Source: Podarcis melisellensis (lineage: Eukaryota). From it: DNA of 64,000 bases. The position numbers and the translations under genes were made by a program. The notes under the pieces are model-generated. The model did no database searches. It was not told the DNA's origin and saw nothing but the letters and a program-made list of their open reading frames with translations. Shown piece by piece: positions 53,803 through 64,000 of this stretch (the first letter of the stretch is position 1; the number at the start of each line of letters is the position of its first letter). The DNA lies in NCBI GenBank assembly GCA_964234715.1, contig OZ174292.1; one strand, written 5' to 3'.

Positions 53803-53955
53803 GGAAGAGCTGTAGCTCAGTGATGGAGCACCTACTCTGCATGCAGTAAGTCCTAGGTTCAAGCCCTGGCATCTCCAGGTATGGCTGGGAGAGAACCCCA
53901 TCTGAAATCCTGTAGAGGCACTGCCAGTCACTAGGACAATAATGAGCTATATGGG
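53803..53955 (+). mobile_element. tRNA-derived SINE (Squam3-like), partial
   Basis: A box tagctcagtgatgg (53813) and B box ggttcaagccc (53856), followed by a non-tRNA body ggcatctccagg..ctggga..ctgaaatcctg..ctgccagtca. Confidence 0.75.
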
Positions 53956-54540
53956 GTCCTCCAAGAATCAACCTTCAGACATTGTTCCTTTAAAAGCAGA
54001 ATAATCTTCCAAGATTGTTTCGGCCTCCGAAATTCTCAGAAAGATCATAAACTGAACATGAGGCAGCTGTGTGCGATGCAACCTCAAAAAGGTGTTAACT
54101 TCAGGTGTCCTCCTCCAGGGGAGAGACAGAGGCAGGCAAAGACCACTTCAGTTTGTTCCAGCTAGAGCTTCTACCTCCAGAAGACCATCTACTACAAGCT
54201 ATCTTGTGGGAAGATTCTCCTACTGAATTATTTTAATATTAACATTGTGATTTTTTTTGAAGATCTCTTTGTTATTTATAAACTGCCTTGATATGATTTC
54301 TATCTTGAAACGGGATATAAATGATTGTAACAAAATAGTTGGAGGAAATTGCTGTTAGAAGGCTCTGAACCTCTGAATGTGTTTAAAAAACTCACAAGGT
54401 AATTAAATGGCATTTTACTGTATTGATCTTTACCAGGGCACTGCTGCTTCAAATAACCTGCCCCTTTAATTGAGGAGCGGAGCTCGGATAGTCTGCAGAC
54501 CCAATTGGGCATAGAAGACCTCAGTTACTGGCAGCCCCAG

Positions 54541-54787
54541 TGTTATGTACTGAAGTTCTCACCCTGGGCCAGCAGGGGGATACTGTAGGTAGTTTTCACT
54601 CAGGTCCACGTCAGTTATTTTAGGCGGGAAACCCTGGGTTGTTGTTGATACAATGTTGACAGCCGGCTGCCTATAAAAGCAGGCCGGCTGAGCTGTTTGC
54701 TGTTCAGTTTCTATTCCAGCTTACAAAATAAAGAGCTGCTTCGGAGAAATCGCTGTGTCGTCTGCCATGTCTACCCACTATTTAATA
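54541..54787 (+). mobile_element. Solo LTR (247 bp) with 5-bp TSD
   Basis: cccag on both flanks (54536-54540, 54788-54792); starts tgtta and ends taata (degenerate TG...CA); TATAAAA at 54672 and AATAAA at 54727. Confidence 0.8.
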
Positions 54788-54924
54788 CCCAGAATCTCTT
54801 TCAGGTCCCAGGACACATGACTAACCATCTGACTGCAAGCAAGTTCATTATTACCAGAGGCTTTTTCTTGCCTTCTGTTCCAGATTGCCTTCCCTCAAAT
54901 TTTGTCTAGAGCCCGAAATGGCTC

Positions 54925-55200
54925 AAGAATGCAGTACTTCAAGGACCTCCTATCTCCATATTAACAGACCCAGACCAAGCAATCATTATCTTTGTGTGCC
55001 TCCTCCACAAGAGGTCCGGAGGATGGCAACACAGGAGTGAGCTTTTTCTGCGGTGACTCCCTGTTTGTGGGATGCTCTCCCTAGGGAGGCTCGCCTGGCA
55101 CCTTCATTATCTTTAGGTGCCAGGCAAAAACAGTTCTCTTCAACCAGGCATCCAGTTGATTAACATTTGATGGCTTTTAAAACGTTTTTGAGGGTATTGG
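54925..55200 (+). mobile_element. L2 LINE 3' fragment
   Basis: AFSAVTPCLWDALPREARLAPSL..FRCQAKTVLF, the typical L2 ORF2 terminus. Confidence 0.75.
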
Positions 55201-58200
55201 TTTGATTCTGGTATACAATTTTTAACAACAACAACAATGAATGTCACCTCTATCCTATCTATAAGACCAGTCCAAGCGAACATTCCAGAGTGGAGTGGGA
55301 TGTGACATAAATTATTACTATTTATTGGAAACATTGTTACTTTAGCCATCTCTCATTTACAACTGGGGAAACATCTGATCTGTTATTTCCCAACATAGAA
55401 ATCTATCATGAGAAAACAAGATAATCTGTGCTTGTGCACCCTTTTGTTGTTTGCTACGTTAAAATAATCTGTGATTGACTTTTTACCTCCCAAATAAGCT
55501 CCACTGTTGAGTAATTGCTTAAGGTGATTACCAAAAGTGGCAAGAGTTAATGATCCACGATGATATGAAACATAATTACTGAGGGCAGCAGTTATGTGCA
55601 TCTGTTACAAGTAGAATCAAATCATAACTACAGTACTTGTAAAAGAACTCTTGACACCCAACATCTGAAGGTCCTTCTGACATTCAACTAGCATTTACTA
55701 ATTAGCTCATGAGAAAAAGTGGCCTGTCAGAACATTTTCAGATTTTTCTCAGACCATGTTGTCAAACAACCACTGAGTAAATAACCTTCCTCTTCCGGGG
55801 AGATCTTAGCATGCTTTTGTTACTGGTAAGTCCATGTGAATCATTAATTTGGAGCCCTTTTAAGAGAACCAAGACCTTTTGGTTACTTCTACAGAGATGG
55901 TCACCAGCTAGGAAAAAGTAACTTCTTAATGACAACAGGAAAAAGACACCCTCTGTTATTGCAGAACTATGCTTGGTACATGCTTCACTGTCAACCACAG
56001 GAAGAAAGCTTTCTACACAGCTCAGGATAATTATATATACTGTAAAGAAAATCCAATACGTGCTTCCTCCCACAGTATCAATAAAGGGTAGTAATTCTTT
56101 TTGAGCCAAGGATTTTGTAGCCTCCTCAAGCTGCAAATGAGAACATCTGCATTTGTTTAAAAGCACCTGACACTTGGGAGGGAAATACTGGCTCTGATGC
56201 TATAATATCAGCAGCACCTTAAATTGCCATTCTTCCTCCTTTGCATGCTTGGAGTCTCCAGTGAGACCATTCATGACAGTAACATGTATGCCAAATTCTT
56301 TTTGACAGATCCTCTATGCCAGTACCATTACTGACTTTCTACTACAAAACCCCATTAGGATCAATGAAACGCTTATTGGTGTCTATGCAGAATTTCACAG
56401 TTTGCAAAAACTGGTATTGTGCGGTTTGTTCTAGGAATACTATCAAAAGATCATTTAAAACATTTCAGTAGATGCAACTGGTGCTTATATTTATAAGCAA
56501 CACACGAAAACACATTTTACAAGATGCCGCAGCAACACTGTGGCAAAATTGCTTCATTTTTTTTTAAGTGCATGCAAATTACAGCTAATTATTCCAAGAA
56601 AAATTTCCCTAAAACCCTATGAAAATGGAGACTGTGGATTAGCAGCCATGGAAAGATGAGGTCATCTTGACCTGTTGAAAGAGCATTCTAAAATCTCAAA
56701 AGCTGACAATAGCACAACTTCAACAAATCCTCTGAAGTGCCCTCCCTTGTTTTCCATACAGACTGGATTAGTCTCAAGAGATTTTTTTGAACAGTTTCAA
56801 AATCTAAAAATACAATAACCTTTTTTTCTCATGTCACTCTAAAGAAAATAATCCATAAATATTTATTTATATGTTCTGTATTTTAAAAGTTCTTTATAAG
56901 AATAGTCTCACAAGATGTGGCTGCTAACCTAGGGCCTGCAAGAATCTGAAGACTTTACAAGTGTTTTCAGAATGTATCTCAAACTTGTATTTTTAACTAA
57001 AATAAAATAGGAAGGCGTTTACATCACAAATGGACACAAACCCTGAAACTATTCACATCTAATGTAGGATCATTTGGGAATACTGCAGATGGTTAAAGGT
57101 AATTAGAACTCTTCTTTATAAGGTCCACTTGAGAAACATTAACACAGCCCTGCCAAACACCAGTGGGGGCAGGGCACAATATATATGCTTAAGGTCCATC
57201 ATAGGGAGAGTTTTTCAAGAAAACTGACCAGATATTTCAAAGTATGGAGAAAATATTCTCGTGCTGTGTGACTGATTTTTCTAATGGGAGATTTGAAAAT
57301 TCCTAAGCAAAATTGTTTAGTGTTTCACTTCTTACAATATCTATTTTAAAAAAATTCCAACTTGGCTGGATTATATTTAAGTGCTTTTAAGAGTCTTTTT
57401 CTGGTGCACAACAACTTGCAAGAGAAATCAGTAAACAAAATCTAGAGGTGTGACAAAATTAAGAGGAAAAAGATGACTGTATAGGAAAGGGAGTATAGAG
57501 AAGTGGTTCAGGAGGTTGATGGTTCAGGAGCTGTGGCTGTGTAAATAAAATAATAATGTTTTCTGGGGCCCCAAGAGCTTATATATTTCAGAACGCTACA
57601 GAACAAACATTGGTAGGAGGGAAACACTCATTCAAATCAGGAACAGAAACCACTTTTGCAGACTTCCAATGTTCATTTGCTATAAGTAAACATCAAGTAA
57701 GGTTGACAGGAACATGCTAGGGGTTTTTTTCTGTCATGGCCGCCCAACATGTGGGACGCTTTCCCCTGGGAGATAAGTTTGGCTCCATCTGGCCAAGTGT
57801 TCCATCAACATCATCGGTGGAAGCTTTTATTTTATTTACCTTTAAAAAAAATACTGAAGTAAAACAAAGCAATAAAATAAAAATAATAGAACTACAAAAA
57901 CAAAAGCCACAGATATTTGAACAGCCTGCTTCTTAAAGGAAATCATTTGCACTGACAGAGAGCTTGAACGGTTGCTTTTATCTGGTCCTCTGTAGCTTGA
58001 ATGCTTTAATTATTGTTTATTACTTATATTTGGTTGGATCTCAAAAGTTCTCGCCTTCTGTCAAGAGTTCTTTCATCAAAGGAAGAAAACCTTTGGAAGC
58101 AACCCAATGTACTTTACACTTTTATTTGTAGTGGTATAAGCCACAATGAGCACATCTATCTAGATGATGAAAGGCAAGATAAAAATGGTCTACAAAAGAT

Positions 58201-58744
58201 ATGGGTGTGGAATATTCTCCAGCTTAAAGATCACATTTCCTTCTGGGTAATCTTCTGTGGGCCACATACCAGCAGTAGTGAGGCCCAAGGCAAATTTGAC
58301 GGAGCACTTAGTACAGGAGGTTAGTTTCTACACATGCTCACACACCCCTCTCTATCCTATATCCAAGGCCAGCAAAAATTCAAGAACACATTCCATCCAG
58401 TCAAAAACTCTTGATGAAGGTATGGATCAGGTCCAGTGAGAGGTGTGACTTGGGCTACATGACTGATGACAGAAGAGATCCCAACTGTTCATGAGACAAT
58501 CTAGGTTTCCTTTAACACAATTCCTTTTCATATAAGCTTCTATTAATTCCAAAAAGACAAACATTAAATTGGCCGATCAAAAGTTAAGGAAGGTGATGAA
58601 TAAAGGATGCTATCATGCTGGCTAGGCCTTTAATAAATTATATACAAAATAGTGGACATTTCATCATTACTCAGTCTAATAAAATGTACATCAATATAAT
58701 ATTTTCTAATAAGACAACATTAGGATATTTAAAAGCTTTCTAAC

Positions 58745-59004
58745 CCGTATTTTTTGCTCTATAAGACTCACTTTTTCCCTCCTAAAAAGTAAGGGGAAAT
58801 GTGTGTGCGTCTTATGGAGCGAATGCAAGCTGTGCAGCTATCCCAGAAGCCAGAACAGCAAGAGGGATTGCTGCTTTCGCTGCGCAGCGATCCCTCTTTC
58901 TGTTCTGGCTTCTGGGATTCAGAATATATTTTTTTCTTGTTTTCCTCCTCCAAAAACTAGGTGCGTCTTATGGTCTGGTGCATCTTATAGAGTGAAAAAT
59001 ACGG
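58745..59004 (+). mobile_element. MITE family C
   Basis: ccgtattttttgctctataagac ... tcttatagagtgaaaaatacgg|TA. Explains the similar spurious ORFs at 38114-38320 and 58801-59015. Confidence 0.9.
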
Positions 59005-62000
59005 TACTTTACTGAGGAATGCATAAAGGCAACAAAGCAACGTAAATCTGAGTCATAGGGAGGCAGGGGATACCAAACCAATGCCATAATATTTTGGGGG
59101 GTCAAAAGAATTCCCTACTGAATTGTGCAATGGAATTTCATAATTTCTCCCAATAGCAGAGTCATGGTTTTAAAACAGCAAGGACTAGTATTTGGGTACT
59201 TTCCATGCTTAGCAGCTCTACAAAAAGCCTGCACAACCTGTGACCTACCAAGTCGAATATTGCTGACTCGAATATAGCTCACAAGCTATGCATTGTGCCT
59301 GCCAAGTGCAGATAACCTCCCTATTTGTGCAGTTCCAAACAAGGAGCAAGAACAGGAGGTTTACTAAGCTTCTGGCAGGCTGCCATACATGGTTGGTGGG
59401 CTGCATTCAGCATGGTGGGTCACAACTCGTGCTGGCCTGCTCTATAGCATTGGAGAAGCAGAGTTCTTGCTTCTCCAAAACACTCATTCCTTCTCCTGGA
59501 AGAAGAGAAAGGGAATACTGCTCTTCCTTTTAATAATAATAATCTTAATAATAACTTGATTATTAATACCCCACCTATCTGGATGGGTTTCCCCAGCCAC
59601 ACTTTTGTGACATTTCTCTAGTCCAGGGTAGATGTTATGCCCAGATTGAAGATGCAGTCTAGACTCAGCCTAGAGGCTTGTTAGCCCAAAATCATTTATT
59701 TCTGTATTTCTTCAAACAGCTGACTTCATGTGCCATAGCATCATAAATCACTTCTGGAATTACTGGGAGTGCTGCTTTACAACATTCTAAAGTCTAAAGA
59801 TCCCTTAGCATCCAGAACAAAATCAACAGAACTATGGATCGTTTCTAAAAAATTTGCTTCCACTAGCCATTGACCAACAAAAGTCATTTTTTTTAACCTA
59901 TTGGATCCCTCTTAGTTGGCCATATAGTCCTGAGACAAAAGTTTACAATTTAAAATTGGTATTAAATGCTTCCTTACCAAACACAAATAAGCAAAACCGT
60001 GAGGAGCTTAGCATTCAGAAATGCCTTTTACAACTATCGTGATCCCAACAGAAGTGTTTCACGACTTATTGTTAAATCAGATTCTAAATAAAATGCAGAA
60101 GGCAAGAGATAACTTCCAAATTCTGTACCATAGTGCCTTAAAACTTAAGGTTTTAAGAGGAGACCCACTGAAATTAATAGATCTAAGTTAGTCATGACTA
60201 ATAATTTCAATGGGTTTGCAAAGAATATGGCTTAATATTGATTAGAATCCATAGCATCTATTTGTTAAAGAATTAGCATGTTTCAGGCATTTATACTTGC
60301 ATTTTTGAGTCATCAAATTATAACTTGATAAAAACAGACTCCCTGCCAAGCTTTCTAATATCTTTGCTTTATTCAAAATGTACCTTTAAAGCTCAAAACA
60401 CTAAAGTCTAGAAGCCTGAAACCTAATTTCTATGCAGTATTTATCACTAAAAAGCTAAATTTCTTACATACACACACACAAAGGAGGGGAAAATTCCTCC
60501 TCCCAAGTTGTTGGCAAACCTGTCAATCATCTTGATGAGCAGCAAATAAATGAATGCCCAATGATGGGATTCTGCATTATCCTTAAAGAAATCCATCCAC
60601 TAAACATCAACAGGTAAATGCTAATACCCGACAGCCATCAATTTCAACTATTCATGCAAAAAGACAGGTGAGCTAGACTGGTAAACCTCGAAATTAGAGA
60701 GGTATTAATCATCCGTTCACAACCAATACAAACAGATTTTCTTTAAAACAGGTAAAATCATCTCTTTCTCTGAACTTTATTTGCAACACATAATGTCCTG
60801 TTACATTTTTAATCAAACAGATAAAGTTATATTTAAATTGAAAATCTGCTGCACTCACCAAATCAGGCAAGCAAAATTCCAAGATGATTGAATGGCATTA
60901 CAGAATACTGTAAACTACTACAGCAGGTAAATTGTAAAAATTTACCTGTCACACCACAGAAGTTATTGTGCAGTCACTGCATCTGCAGTTGGAAGCAGAA
61001 GTAAGACAAAAAGGCTGAGGCTTGTTACCCATACTTAAAAATCCATAATGAAATAAAATATTATGGTTGATAGTGAATGGGAAAAAATACCAGCTGCTCT
61101 CTAGAGAAGAATCCAATGAATATTTACATTGGTTGCTCTTATCAGATTCATGCTAGTCCAAATAACATACCTTGGTATTTAAAATAAACCATGGAAACCT
61201 ATAGTATTTTTCACATTAAAGACTGAATGGTATTTCCACAATACAGTTGAATGGTACTTTCTCGCCAGTAAAATGTGTTTAGGATTGCAGCTTAAAGTTA
61301 CCTGTGCTTTTCCATGCCATCTGTAAAATATGAACACTCATCTGTAAAATATGAACAACAATACTGCCCAGAATAATAATTGCAATTATTCAAATAACGA
61401 ACCAACAGTTAAATATAACCATATATACAAGATGGAAGCTTCAGACATTCAGCTTTACAATAATGAAATCACACCCGTAAGAATGTTTTTCATCTTAAGT
61501 GTATAGCAAAATCCATACTGACCTATATACATGACATTTATAAATTATGTATACCTAAGCTTATTTCAGTCATCTTATTAAAATGAGTGGCAGCACGGTG
61601 CTCATCTGGACAACTGTCAGGCTCCCTAGTTTTCGATGGCTGTCAAGCTTCTTATTTGGCTACTAATATTGCAATGCTGACAATTGAAGGGACTGCTGTT
61701 TCTCCAATACAATAGTTAATGGGTTATACCACCTCATTTATCACACCTCCCATATTTGGATTCTTCTAATTTCTACAAGCTTTATATCTTATCCCACTAT
61801 AAAACAAAATAATCTAGACCTTTCTCTACATCTCATCTTCCATGTTGAGGTTAAAAGACAAGGTATCCTATTGCATATTCTGTATTAATCTTAATATGTT
61901 CGCTTAGTGGTACGTTAAATATACATACAGCAAGTAGTATATTGGGGTTGCACTACAACATAACAGGTTTGAAAACAATATTCTAACCCACTTTTAGAAC

Positions 62001-62263
62001 CATTTTGTTACTTTTTAACAAATGAGTATCTGAGCAGTGTGTAAGTAAATAAAAAGCATTTTTCATCACTCAATCCTAACTAAAAGCCACAATTTATTAG
62101 GAAATACTATTTCATAACCTTCTCATACCTTGGATTTAGAAAAGTACTTAAAGGGGGAAAATAGGGCTGAGCATTACAAGGCATGAATCATTACTTGGGT
62201 ATTAAGATGAATAGGAGTAGAAATCTACCGAACACAGTAGGCGTAGCAGTAGCAGTAGTAGTA

Positions 62264-62476
62264 CAGTCATACCTCAGGATAAATGTGCTTCAAGTTAAGT
62301 ATTTTCGGGTTGTGCTCCGCGGCAACCCGGAAGTAACGGGGCCCGTTACTTCCAGGTTTCGCCCCATGCGCATATGGTCAAAATGATGTCACGCGCATGC
62401 GCGGAAGCAGCGAAATCGCTTCATGATGCGAACAGGGCTCCGGAACGGATCCTGTTCACATCCTGAGGTACCACTG
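62264..62476 (+). mobile_element. MITE family B (asymmetric TIRs CAGTCATACCTC / GAGGTACCACTG, CpG-rich)
   Basis: TA flanks on both sides, imperfect TIRs, internal ccggaagtaacggg..cccgttacttcc palindrome. Confidence 0.85.
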
Positions 62477-64000
62477 TAGTAGTAAAGTTGGTCTTACTAT
62501 CATGAGGATTAACCCACCAAGCACTGCTTCTGCCCAAAATCCAGAGAAAACCATTAGGATTCCAGAACTAATTCTCTATAGCTTTTAGTGTTTCAAAAAT
62601 TATTTAAAGGTTGATTTATGGATAAATTTCACCTACATTGCACTTCATTTGATATTATGCAGCCACTACAGAAGGAACAGGATCTTAAGAAAAGTACATT
62701 AAACCACAATATGACACCTAAGGCTCCCTAGAACAGTTTTAACTAATGATAAAAAAGAGGTTCAGTGAACGTTTGCATTGTGTATGGTGCAAGTTCTAGT
62801 AGGTATTTAAGAAAACAACATTTCAAATAAGTCATTCACTTTAAGTATCTTTTATTTTCCCAGCTTAATGGAGTCTAGTAAGTATACTTTCTTGAAGTAC
62901 CACTGCAAATTAATGCCACTTATTCTGAGTAAATGTGGTTAGGACCACTTTAATCCAGTTTACTTCAACTATCTATTCACTACAGAATGTAAAAACACCG
63001 GGGGAGTTTCAGGGCCTTAAGTACATATTAAACATTTCTTTGCTTTTTCACATGAGCAATTTGCACAACAGAAATCAATTTCCAAAATGAAAGCAATATT
63101 TGCTACTATGTAAATATAATAAAAATAGGATGCTTCCTTGGAAGAGGAAGAGACACAAACCTCCTTAATAACGAAGCCCTGGAACCAGCTAAAATCGCTC
63201 ATGACTACGTCCCACTAAAAGCAAAGGGAGTAATAAGTCAATTCTTCCAAATCTATATTCACGCTTACTTGTGAGTAACCCCCACTCAGCACAACAGTAC
63301 TGAAATACATACATAAAATTGTATGGTACATTTGCATTCCCATCCTACATCAATACCATGCAATTAGAAATAATGGCCTTTGGCCCTTAATTTGAAGGGT
63401 TTTAGACGTTTGTGGCCTCTTCCAGTGGGTAGAATGTGTTAGATCTACCATTATAGGTATGGATCTATTTTTAGGCTTTTGTTCTGTTTTGGTTTTATAC
63501 TTGTTTTAATCTTTGTACTATTTTATGTCACTTTGGGTTATGTTTGGTAAATAAAATCAACTAGTAAGTGCAAATAATGATAAGAAACAACAACAATGTA
63601 TTTTCAAACTGTCACAATTTCTTCACAACAAAGGAACACACCTATGTCTGACCTCTTTTCATAGCTTTCTGTTCATGCCACATACACACAGTCATTTCAC
63701 CGTCTAACGGCAAGAACTTCATCAGGATCTGAGAAAGTCTGTAGATATTCACTGCACAGGCCTAGAAGAAACTTCATTCATTCCTTCGTTTGATTGCTTC
63801 CAAAATAAAGTTCACATTCAGGCTTCAATCCCACAACCAAGCTACAAAATAAAATCAGACACTCAGGAATTGTAAAGAGTTTGTTTCCTCAGGGGGAAAA
63901 TACAGAATAAATTAAAACACAATTTGTAGTGCTTGTCAGAAATGAAATTGCAATTTTTAAAAATAATATATAATGGAAAGAAGTATTTTAAACTCAACTT

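Larger units (their letters stand above)
24444..64000 (-). other. ZCCHC7: Part of the very long ZCCHC7 intron upstream of the 44-nt exon (>39.5 kb, continues beyond window)
   Basis: No further ZCCHC7-like exon recognised above 24443; the equivalent human intron is known to be very long. Confidence 0.75.

Noticed and set aside
53803-53875. Possible tRNA gene
   Set aside because: Has A/B boxes but no convincing acceptor stem or terminator, and continues into a SINE body.
1-64000. CRISPR array, prokaryote-type operon/defence system, or intact transposase/RT/viral ORF
   Set aside because: Eukaryotic intronic DNA; repeats are dispersed TEs rather than spaced arrays, and no long ORF with such motifs exists.

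Overview
AT-rich, repeat-rich vertebrate DNA, almost certainly from a squamate and probably a lacertid lizard (full-length Sauria SINE, many TA-targeting MITEs). The whole window lies inside ZCCHC7 on the minus strand, the zinc-knuckle, Air1/Air2-like subunit of the nuclear TRAMP-like complex. Four internal coding exons are visible: 24443-24400 (44 nt), 20695-20573 (123 nt), 16780-16610 (171 nt), and the 3' part of a short exon ending at 9883 whose 5' part is hidden in an N gap. Spliced, they read GVGGADWNISDKDVE / [41 protein letters not shown] / [57 protein letters not shown] / ...WRQYHLT (the first G is inferred because its codon is split by the intron). The rest is intronic: Tc1/mariner/pogo-type MITEs (several families, one nested), hAT/Harbinger-like MITEs, CR1/L2/RTE/L1-like fragments, SINEs, a solo LTR, microsatellites, seven N gaps, and several repeat-free blocks that look like conserved non-coding elements. 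Nearly all ORFs in the supplied track are spurious. I cannot demonstrate a new biological system from this sequence. The best leads are (i) a candidate poison (PTC) cassette exon at 6151-5788 inside a conserved-looking block, (ii) an intact third CCHC knuckle that I recall being degenerate in human, and (iii) MITE/LTR insertions carrying promoter-type motifs or long hairpins.
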